Assembly: GCF_009914755.1 (NCBI RefSeq)
Contig: NC_060940.1
Length of the DNA stretch: 64,000 nucleotides
Reading direction: 5' to 3' (one strand)
Source: the human T2T-CHM13v2.0 reference genome, Homo sapiens
A program made the position numbers and the translations under genes. Under the pieces are notes generated by a model. It made no database searches. It was not told where the DNA came from and saw only the letters and a program-made list of their open reading frames with translations. Positions 1 through 12,152 of this stretch are shown piece by piece (within the stretch, counting starts at the first letter, position 1; each line of letters begins with the position of its first letter).

Positions 1-3000
1 ATTCCATTCGTTGATGATTCGATTCCATTCAATGATGATTCCATTTGAGTTCATTCGATGATTCTACTCGATTCCGTTCGATGGTGATTCAATTCTATTA
101 TATTGGATGATTCCACTCGATTCCATTTGATGATTATTGCATTGGAGTCCATTTAGTGAATCCTTTAGATTCTATTCGACGATGATTCCATTCGAGTCCA
201 TTCGATGATACCATTCAATTCCATTCGTTGATGCTTCCATTCAAGTGCATTCGATGATATCATTCGATTCCATTTGATGATAATTCCATTTGATTCCATG
301 CGATGATTCTATTCGATTCCATTCAATGATAATTCCATTCAATTCAGTGATTCCTCTGGACTCCATTTGATGATGATTCCATTCAATGATTCCATTCGAT
401 TCTATTCGAAAATGATTCCATTTGAATCCATTTGATGATGATTCCATTAGATTCCATTTGATGATTCCATTCGATTCCATTCGACGATGATTCCATTCGA
501 TTCCGTTTGATGATTCCATTCTATTCTATTCGATGATGATTCCATTCGATTCCATTCGATGATGATTGGATTCGATTCCATTTGATGATTTCATTTGATT
601 CCATTCGTTAATGATTTCGATCAATTCCATTCGATGATTCCATTCGATTCCATTCGATAATGATTACATCCGAGTCCATTCGATGATTCCCTTTGAGCCT
701 GTTCGATAATTCCATTTGAGTCCAACCAATGATTCCATTCATTTCCATTCAATGATTCCATTCGAGTCCATTTGATCATTCCGGTAGGGTCCATTCGATG
801 TTGATTCCATTGGAGTGCATTCGATGATTCCATTCGAGTCCATTTTAGGATTTGATTCGAGTCCTTTCGATGATTCCATTCGATTCCACTCGATGATGAT
901 TTCATTCGAGTCCATTCGACACTTCCAATCGATTCCATTTGATGATTCCATTCGAGTCCAATTGATGATTCCATTCAATTCCATTCGATGATGATTCCGT
1001 ACGATTCCATTCTGTGATGATTCCATGTGATTGCATTCAATGATGATTCCTTTCGATTGCATTCGATTATGATTCATTTCGTGTTCATTCTATGGTTCCA
1101 CAGGTTTCCATTCGTGTCCATTCCATTATTCCATTCTATTCCATTTGATGATGATTCCATTCGATTCCATTCATTGGTGATTCCACTCAATTCCATTCAA
1201 TGATTCCATTCCATTTCTTTCAACAATGATTCCATTAGTTTCTAATCGATGATCCACTTGATTCCATTTGACGACGATTCCATTCTTGTCCATTTGATGA
1301 TTCCATTTGATTCCATATGATGATGATTCCATTCGATTCCATACCATGATGATTCCATTCGAGTCCATTCAATGGTGATTCCATTCAATTCCATTCGATG
1401 ATTCCTTTCGATTCCATTCAATGATGATGGCATTCGATTCCTTTTAATCATTCCCTTTGATTCCATTCAAAGGTGATTTCATTCAAGTCCATTCGATAAT
1501 TGCATTCGATTCCATTCTATGATGATTCCATTCGAGTCCATTTGATGATTCCATTCAATTCAAGTCAATGATGATTCCATTCAATTCCATTCGATGATTC
1601 CATTGGATTCCATTCGATGATGATTCCATTCAAATCCATTCGATAATTCAATTCAAGTCCATTCGATGATGATTCCAATCGAATCCATTCAAAGATTCCA
1701 TTCTGTTCCATTCGATGATTCCCTTAGATTCCATTCGATGATTCCACTTGATTGCATTTACGATGATTCCATTCGATTCCATGTGATGATTCCATTCAAT
1801 TCTATTCAATGATGTCTCCATTTGATTCCATTCGACCATGATTGCCTTTGATTCCATTCAATGATTCCATTCGGTTCCGTTTGATGATGATTCTGTTCGA
1901 TTCCATTTGATGATTCCATTTGATTCCATTGGATGAGTCCATTCGATTACATTCGATGATTATTCCATTCGAGTGCATTAGATGATTCCATTCGAGTCCA
2001 TTCGATGATTCCATTCGATTCCATTCGATGTTGATTCTGTTCAAATCCATTCGATGATTCCACTCGATTCCATTCGTTGACTCCATTTGATCCCATTCGA
2101 TGATTTCCTTTGATTCCCTTTGATGATCATTCCATTTGATTCAATTCGGTGATTTCATTTGATTCCATTCAGTGATGTTTCCATTCGACTCCATTCGATG
2201 ATGATTCCATTCGACTCCATTCGATTATGATTTCATTCAATTCCATTCGATAATGATTCCCTTCGAGTCCATTCGGTGATTCCATTCGATTCCATTCAAC
2301 TATGATTTGATTCGTGTCCATTCGATGATTCCATTTGATTCCACTTGATGATGATTCCATTCGAGTCCATTTGATGATTCCATTCAATTCCATACTCCGA
2401 TGATTTCTTTTGAGCCCACTCAATGCTTCCACTCGATTCCATATGATGATGACTCCATTCGATGAAATTCGATGATGATTCCATTCGCTTGCTTTCGATG
2501 ATGATTCCACTTGAGTCCGTTAGAAGATTCTATTCAATTACATTCCATGACGATTCCGTTCGAGTCCATTTGATGATTCCATTAGACTCCATTCGACGAT
2601 GATTCCATTCGATGTTATTCGATGATTCCATTCGATCTCATTCGATGATGATTCCATTCAACTCCATTCGATGTTTCCATTCGAGTTCATTCTATTATTC
2701 CATTAGATTCCATTCGATGATGATTCCATTCGATTCCATTTGATGATTGCATTCTATTTCATTTGATGATGATTCCATTCGAGTCCACTCGATGATTCCA
2801 TTCGAGTCCATTTAATGAATCCATTGGTTTCAATTCTATGATGATTACATTGGATTCCATTCGTTGATGATTTCATTCGGTTCCATTCAATGATGATTCC
2901 ATTCAATTCCTTTCAATGTTTCCATTCAATTCCATACGATGATGATTCCATTTGATTTGATTCGACAGTGAGCCATTCGATTCAATTCCATGATGATTCT

Positions 3001-4983
3001 ATTTGATTCAATTGGTTGACATTTCCATTCGATTCCATTCGATGATGATTCCCTTTGATTCCGTTCAAAGATGATTCCATTCTAGCCCATTCAATCATTC
3101 CATTCGATTCTATTCAATGATGATTCCATTCATGTCGATTTGGTGATTCCATTTGACTTCATTTGATGATGATTCCTTTCAAGTTCATTAGATGATTCCA
3201 TTCGATTCCATTTGATGATGATCCCATTCGAGTCCATTCAGTGATTCCATTCGTTTCCATTCCATGATGATTCCATTCCTTTCCATTCAATGATTCCATT
3301 CGATTCCGTTTGATGATGATTTCATTCGAGTCCATTTGATGATTCCATTTGATTCCATTCGATGATGATTCCATTCGAGTCCATTCGATGATTCTATTCG
3401 AATCCATTTGATGATTTCTTTTGATTATATTTGGTGATGATTCCATTGGAGTCCATTCAATGATTCCATTCTATTCCAATCGATGATGATTCCATTAGAG
3501 TCCATTTAATGATTCCATTTGATTCCAGTCTCTGATGATTACATTCGAGTCCATACGATGATTCCACTCAATTCCATATGATGATGATTCCATTTGATTC
3601 CATTCGGTGATTCCATTCTATTCTATTCAATGGTGATTCCATTCGAGTACATTAGATGATTCCATTCGATTCCATTCAATGATGATTCTATTTGTGTCCC
3701 TTAGATGATTCCACATGATTCCATTACATGATGATACTATTTGAGCCCATCCAATGATTCCCTTCGATTCCATTCGATGAGGATTCCATTCGATTCAATT
3801 CATTGGTGATTCTATTCAATTCAATTCTTTGATTCCATTCCATTCCATTCGACAATGATTCCATTCGATTTCTTTCGATGATTCCACTCGATTCCACTTG
3901 ACATTGATTCCATTCGATTCCATTCAATGATTCCATTTGATTCCAGTGGATGATGATTGCCATCGATTCCATTCGATCACTCCATTCTATTCCATTTGAT
4001 GATGATTACATTCGATTCCATTTGATGATTCCATCTGATTCTATTCGAGGATTCCATTTGATTCCATTCGATGATGATTCCATTCGAGTCCATTCGATGA
4101 TTTCATTCGAGTACATCCAATGATTCCATTCGAGTCCATTAGATGATTCCATTTGATTCCATTTGAAAATGATTCTACTAGAGTCCATTCAATGACTCCA
4201 TTCGAGTCCATTCAACAATTCCATTCGACTCCATTCGATGATTCCATTCGATTCCATTTGATGGTTCCATTCGAGTCCATTTAATCATTACAGTCGAGTC
4301 CATTTGTTGATTCCACTGGATTTCTTTTGATAATGATACCATTCAATTACATTTGATGATGATCCCATTCAATTTCATTTGATGATGATTCCATTAGAGT
4401 CCATTCGATGATTTCATTCGAGTCCCTTCATTGATTCCATCCGATTTCATTGGATGATGACTCCATTCGAGTCCATTCGATGATTCCACTCGATTCCATT
4501 AGATGACTCCATTGGAGTCCATTTGATTGTTCCATTCGATTCCATTCGATTCCTTTCGAAGATTATTCCATTTGAGTCCATTCGATGATGATTCCATTCC
4601 ATTCCATTCGATGATTCCGTTTGATTCCATTCGATGATTCCCTTCGATTCCTTTCTTTGATGATTCCATTCCATTCCATTCAATGATTCCATTCGAATCT
4701 ATTCCATGATGATTCCTTTCGATTCCATTCGCTGATGTTTCCGTTCAATTCCATTCGATGATGATTCCATTCGATTCCATTCATTGAGGATTCCATTTGA
4801 TTCCATTCAATGATGATTCCATTCTATTCCATTCAATGATTGCATTCAATTCCATTCAATGATTATTCCATTAGAGTAAACTCAACGATTCCATTCAATA
4901 CCATTCAATGATGATTCCTTTTGAGTCCATTCAATGATTTCATTCAAGTCCATTTGATGATTCCTTTCAATTCCATTCTATGA

Positions 4984-5017
4984 TGATTCCATTCGAGTCC
5001 ATTCGATGATTCCATTA
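4984..5017 (+). other. Junction of a 72-bp deletion in unit 1
   Basis: Unit 1 reads ...cgagtccattcgatgattccatt|agagtacatt. All later full units have an extra 72 bp here (for example 11057-11128). Confidence 0.93.
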
Positions 5018-5390
5018 GAGTACATTTAATGATTGCTTTGTTTTCAATTCGAAGATGATTGCATTGGATTCCATTCTATGATACCATTCGATTCCATTCA
5101 ATGATGATTCCACTCAAATCCATTGGATGATTCCATTCGTGTCCATTCGGTGATTTCATTAGATTCCATTCGAGGATGATTCCATTCGATTCCATTCGAT
5201 GATTCCATTCAATTCCATTCGATGATGATTCCATTCCAGTCCATATGATCATTCCATTTGATTTCATTCGATGATGATTCCATTCGATTCCATTCGACGA
5301 TTCCATTCTATTCCATTCGATGATGATTCCATTCGAGTCCATTCGATCAATCCATTCGAGTCCATTTAATGATTCCATTGGGTTCAATTC

Positions 5391-5562
5391 AATGATGATT
5401 ACATTGGATTCCGTTCTATGATTCCATTCAATTCCGTTCATTGACAATTTGATTCCATTCGATGATGATTCCATTTGAGTTCATTCGATGATTCTATTCG
5501 ATTCTCTTCGATGGTGATTCAATTCTATTATATTGGATGATTCCATTCGATTCCATTTGATG
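5391..5562 (+). repeat. Intra-unit diverged duplication, copy A (~170 bp; copy B at 6001-6172)
   Basis: Both copies share non-consensus words in the same order: gattacattggattcc, ccatttgagttcattcgatgattctattcg and atggtgattcaattctattatattggatg. Confidence 0.85.
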
Positions 5563-6000
5563 TTGATTCAATTCGATTCTATTCGATGATGATTCCATTG
5601 GATTTCACTTGATGATTCTATTCGATTCCATTCAATGATGATTCACTTCTCGTCCATTGGATGATTCCATTTCATTCCATTCGATGATGATTCCATTCGA
5701 TTCCATTCGATGATTCCATTTGATTCCATGCGACGGTGAGCAATTCGATTCAATTCCATGATGATTCTATTTGATTCAATTAGATGATGTTTCCATTCGA
5801 ATCCATTCCATGATTATTCCATTGGAATCCATTCGGCGATGATTCCATATGAGTCAATTCAATGATGATTCCATATGGGTCCGTTCGATGATAATTCCAT
5901 TTGATTTCATTCGATGCTTCTATTCTATTCCAGTCGATGATGATTCCGTTGGAGTCCATACGATGATTCCATTTGATTTCATTTGATGATGATTCCATTC

Positions 6001-6172
6001 GATGATGATTACATTGGATTCCATTCTATGATTCCATTCAATTCCATTCGTTGATGATTCGATTCCATTCAATGATGATTCCATTTGAGTTCATTCGATG
6101 ATTCTATTCGATTCCGTTCGATGGTGATTCAATTCTATTATATTGGATGATTCCACTCGATTCCATTTGATG
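6001..6172 (+). repeat. Intra-unit diverged duplication, copy B (610 bp downstream of copy A)
   Basis: Gap-free similarity to 5391-5562. Recurs in every unit. Confidence 0.85.
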
Positions 6173-9100
6173 ATTATTCCATTGGAGTCCACTTAGTGAA
6201 TCCTTTAGATTCTACTCGACGATGATTCCATTCGAGTCCATTCGATGATACCATTCAATTCCATTCGTTGATGCTTCCATTCAAGTGCATTCGATGATAT
6301 CATTCGATTCCATTTGATGATAATTCCATTTGATTCCATGCGATGATTCTATTCGATTCCATTCAATGATAATTCCATTCAATTCAGTGATTCCTCTGGA
6401 CTCCATTTGATGATGATTCCATTCAATGATTCCATTCGATTCTATTCGAAAATGATTCCATTTGAATCCATTTGATGATGATTCCATTAGATTCCATTTG
6501 ATGATTCCATTCGATTCCATTCGATGATGATTCCATTCGATTCCGTTTGATGATTCCATTCTATTCTATTCGATGATGATTCCATTCGATTCCATTCGAT
6601 GATGATTGGATTCAATTCCATTGGATGATTTCATTTGATTCCATTCGTTAATGATTTCGATCAATTCCATTCGATGATTCCATTCGATTCCATTCGATAA
6701 TGATTACATCCGAGTCCATTCGATGATTCCCTTTGAGCCTGTTCGATAATTCCATTTGAGTCCAACCAATGATTCCATTCATTTCCATTCAATGATTCCA
6801 TTCGAGTCCATTTGATCATTCCGGTAGGGTCCATTCGATGTTGATTCCATTGGAGTGCATTCGATGATTCCATTCGAGTCCATTTTAGGATTTGATTCGA
6901 GTCCTTTCGATGATTCCATTCGATTCCACTCGATGATGATTTCATTCGAGTCCATTCGACACTTCCAATCGATTCCATTTGATGATTCCATTCGAGTCCA
7001 ATTGATGATTCCATTCAATTCCATTCGATGATGATTCCGTACGATTCCATTCTGTGATGATTCCATGTGATTGCATTCAATGATGATTCCTTTCGATTGC
7101 ATTCGATTATGATTCATTTCGTGTTCATTCTATGGTTCCACAGGTTTCCATTCGTGTCCATTCCATTATTCCATTCTATTCCATTTGATGATGATTCCGT
7201 TCGATTCCATTCATTGGTGATTCCACTCAATTCCATTCAATGATTCCATTCCATTTCTTTCAACAATGATTCCATTAGTTTCTAATCGATGATCCACTTG
7301 ATTCCATTTGACGACGATTCCATTCTTGTCCATTCGATGATTCCATTTGATTCCATATGATGATGATTCCATTCGATTCCATACCATGATGATTCCATTC
7401 GAGTCCATTCAATGGTGATTCCATTCAATTCCATTCGATGTTTCCTTTTGATTCCATTCGATGATGATGGCATTCGATTCCTTTCAATCATTCCCTTTGA
7501 TTCCATTCAAAGGTGATTTCATTCAAGTCCATTCGATAATTGCATTCGATTCCATTCTATGATGATTCCATTCGAGTCCATTTGATGATTCCATTCAATT
7601 CAAGTCAATGATGATTCCATTCGATTCCATTCGATGATTCCATTGGATTCCATTCGATGATGATTCCATTCAAATCCATTCGATAATTCAATTCAAGTCC
7701 ATTCGATGATGATTCCAATCGAATCCATTCAAAGATTCCATTCAGTTCCATTCGATGATTCCCTTAGATTCCATTCGATGATTCCACTTGATTGCATTTA
7801 CGATGATTCCATTCGATTCCATGTGATGATTCCATTCAATTCTATTCAATGATGTCTCCATTTGATTCCATTCGACCATGATTGCCTTTGATTCCATTCA
7901 ATGATTCCATTCGGTTCCGTTTGATGATGATTCCGTTCGATTCCATTTGATGATTCCATTTGATTCCATTGGATGAGTCCATTCGATTACATTCGATGAT
8001 TATTCCATTCGAGTGCATTAGATGATTCCATTCGAGTCCATTCGATGATTCCATTCGATTCCATTCGATGTTGATTCTGTTCAAATCCATTCGATGATTC
8101 CACTCGATTCCATTCGTTGACTCCATTTGATCCCATTCGATGATTTCCTTTGATTCCCTTTGATGATCATTCCATTTGATTCAATTCGGTGATTTCATTT
8201 GATTCCATTCAGTGATGTTTCCATTCGACTCCATTCGATGATGATTCCATTCGACTCCATTCGATTATGATTTCATTCAATTCCATTCGATAATGATTCC
8301 CTTCGAGTCCATTCGATGATTCCATTCGATTCCATTCAACAATGATTTGATTCGTGTCCATTCGATGATTCCATTTGATTCCACATGATGATGATTCCAT
8401 TCGAGTCCATTTGATGATTCCATTCAATTCCATACTCCGATGATTTCTTTTGAGCCCACTCAATGCTTCCACTCGATTCCATATGATGATGACTCCATTC
8501 GATGAAATTCGATGATGATTCCATTCGCTTGCTTTCGATGATGATTCCACTTGAGTCCGTTAGAAGATTCTATTCAATTACATTCCATGACGATTCCGTT
8601 CGAGTCCATTTGATGATTCCATTAGACTCCATTCGACGATGATTCCATTCGATGTTATTCCATGATTCCATTCGATCTCATTCGATGATGATTCCATTCA
8701 ACTCCATTCGATGTTTCCATTCGAGTTCATTCTATTATTCCATTAGATTCCATTCGATGATGATTCCATTCGATTCCATTTGATGATTGCATTCTATTTC
8801 ATTTGATGATGATTCCATTCGAGTCCACTCGATGATTCCATTCGAGTCCATTTAATGAATCCATTGGTTTCAATTCTATGATGATTACATTGGATTCCAT
8901 TCGTTGATGATTTCATTCGGTTCCATTCAATGATGATTCCATTCAATTCCTTTCAATGTTTCCATTCAATTCCATACGATGATGATTCCATTTGATTTGA
9001 TTCGACAGTGAGCCATTCGATTCAATTCCATGATGATTCTATTTGATTCAATTGGTTGACATTTCCATTCGATTCCATTCGATGATGATTCCCTTTGATT

Positions 9101-12100
9101 CCGTTCAAAGATGATTCCATTCTAGCCCATTCAATCATTCCATTCGATTCTATTCAATGATGATTCCATTCATGTCGATTTGGTGATTCCATTTGACTTC
9201 ATTTGATGATGATTCCTTTCAAGTTCATTAGATGATTCCATTCGATTCCATTTGATGATGATCCCATTCGAGTCCATTCAGTGATTCCATTCGTTTCCAT
9301 TCCATGATGATTCCATTCCTTTCCATTCAATGATTCCATTCGATTCCGTTTGATGATGATTTCATTCGAGTCCATTTGATGATTCCATTTGATTCCATTC
9401 GATGATGATTCCATTCGAGTCCATTCGATGATTCTATTCGAATCCATTTGATGATTTCTTTTGATTATATTTGGTGATGATTCCATTGGAGTCCATTCAA
9501 TGATTCCATTCGATTCCAATCGATGATGATTCCATTAGAGTCCATTTAATGATTCCATTTGATTCCAGTCTCTGATGATTACATTCGAGTCCATACGATG
9601 ATTCCACTCAATTCCATATGATGATGATTCCATTTGATTCCATTCGGTGATTCCATTCTATTCTATTCAATGGTGATTCCATTCGAGTACATTAGATGAT
9701 TCCATTCGATTCCATTCAATGATGATTCTATTTGTGTCCCTTAGATGATTCCACATGATTCCATTAGATGATGATACTATTTGAGCCCATCCAATGATTC
9801 CCTTCGATTCCATTCGATGAGGATTCCATTCGATTCAATTCATTGGTGATTCTATTCAATTCAATTCTTTGATTCCATTCCATTCCATTCGACAATGATT
9901 CCATTCGATTTCTTTCGATGATTCCACTCGATTCCACTTGACATTGATTCCATTCGATTCCATTCAATGATTCCATTTGATTCCAGTGGATGATGATTGC
10001 CATCGATTCCATTCGATCACTCCATTCTATTCCATTTGATGATGATTACATTCGATTCCATTTGATGATTCCATCTGATTCTATTCGAGGATTCCATTTG
10101 ATTCCATTCGATGATGATTCCATTCGAGTCCATTCGATGATTTCATTCGAGTACATCCAATGATTCCATTCGAGTCCATTAGATGATTCCATTTGATTCC
10201 ATTTGAAAATGATTCTACTAGAGTCCATTCAATGACTCCATTCGAGTCCATTCAACAATTCCATTCGACTCCATTCGATGATTCCATTCGATTCCATTTG
10301 ATGGTTCCATTCGAGTCCATTTAATCATTACAGTCGATTCCATTTGGTGATTCCACTGGATTTCTTTTGATAATGATACCATTCAATTACATTTGATGAT
10401 GATCCCATTCAACTTCATTTGATGATGATTCCATTAGAGTCCATTCGATGATTTCATTCGAGTCCCTTCATTGATTCCATCCGATTTCATTGGATGATGA
10501 CTCCATTCGAGTCCATTCGATGATTCCACTCGATTCCATTAGATGACTCCATTGGAGTCCATTTGATTGTTCCATTCGATTCCATTCGATTCCTTTCGAA
10601 GATTATTCCATTTGAGTCCATTCGATGATGATTCCATTCCATTCCATTCGATGATTCCGTTTGATTCCATTCGATGATTCCCTTCGATTCCTTTCTTTGA
10701 TGATTCCATTCCATTCCATTCAATGATTCCATTCGAATCTATTCCATGATGATTCCTTTCGATTCCATTCGCTGATGTTTCCGTTCAATTACATTCGATG
10801 ATGATTCCATTCGATTCCATTCATTGAGGATTCCATTTGATTCCATTCAATGATGATTCCATTCTATTCCATTCAATGATTGCATTCAATTCCATTCAAT
10901 GATTATCCCATTAGAGTAAACTCAACGATTCCATTCAATACCATTCGATGATGATTCCTTTTGAGTCCATTCAATGATTTCATTCAAGTCCATTTGATGA
11001 TTCCTTTCAATTCCATTCTATGATGATTCCATTCGAGTCCATTCGATGATTCCATTCGATTGCATTCGATGATTCCATTATATTCCATTCAACGGTGATT
11101 CCATTCGAGTCCATTCCATGATTCCATTAGAGTACATTTAATGATTGCTTTGTTTTCAATTCGAAGATGATTACATTGGATTCCATTCTATGATACCATT
11201 CGATTCCATTCAATGATGATTCCACTCAAATCCATTGGATGATTCCATTCGTGTCCATTCGGTGATTTCATTAGATTCCATTCGAGGACGATTCCATTCG
11301 ATTCCATTCGATGATTCCATTCAATTCCATTCGATGATGATTCCATTCCAGTCCATATGATCATTCCATTTGATTTCATTCGATGATGATTCCATTCGAT
11401 TCCATTCGACGATTCCATTCTATTCCATTCGATGATGATTCCATTCGAGTCCATTCGATCAATCCATTCGAGTCCATTTAATGACTCCATTGGGTTCAAT
11501 TCAATGATGATTACATTGGATTCCGTTCTATGATTCCATTCAATTCCGTTCATTGACAATTTGATTCCATTCGATGATGATTCCATTTGAGTTCATTCGA
11601 TGATTCTATTCGATTCTCTTCGATGGTGATTCAATTCTATTATATTGGATGATTCCATTCGATTCCATTTGATGTTGATTCAATTCGATTCTATTCGATG
11701 ATGATTCCATTGGATTTCACTTGATGATTCTATTCGATTCCATTCAATGATGATTCACTTCTCGTCCATTGGATGATTCCATTTCATTCCATTCGATGAT
11801 GATTCCATTCGATTCCATTCGATGATTCCATTTGATTCCATGCGACGGTGAGCAATTCGATTCAATTCCATGATGATTCTATTTGATTCAATTAGATGAT
11901 GTTTCCATTCGAATCCATTCCATGATTATTCCATTGGAATCCATTCGGCGATGATTCCATATGAGTCAATTCAATGATGATTCCATATGGGTCCGTTCGA
12001 TGATAATTCCATTTGATTTCATTCGATGCTTCTATTCTATTCCAGTCGATGATGATTCCGTTGGAGTCCATACGATGATTCCATTTGATTTCATTTGATG

Positions 12101-12152
12101 ATGATTCCATTCGATGATGATTACATTGGATTCCATTCTATGATTCCATTCA
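6041..12152 (+). repeat. Higher-order unit 2 (6,112 bp)
   Basis: Landmark ORF 6281 recurs at 12393 (+6112). Confidence 0.95.

Larger units (their letters stand above)
1..6040 (+). repeat. Higher-order unit 1 (6,040 bp; 72-bp deletion variant; phase set arbitrarily at window start)
   Basis: The sequence at position 1 (attccattcgttgatgattcgattcc) recurs at 6041. ORF 241 recurs at 6281 (+6040), while ORF 5076 recurs at 11188 (+6112). Confidence 0.95.
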
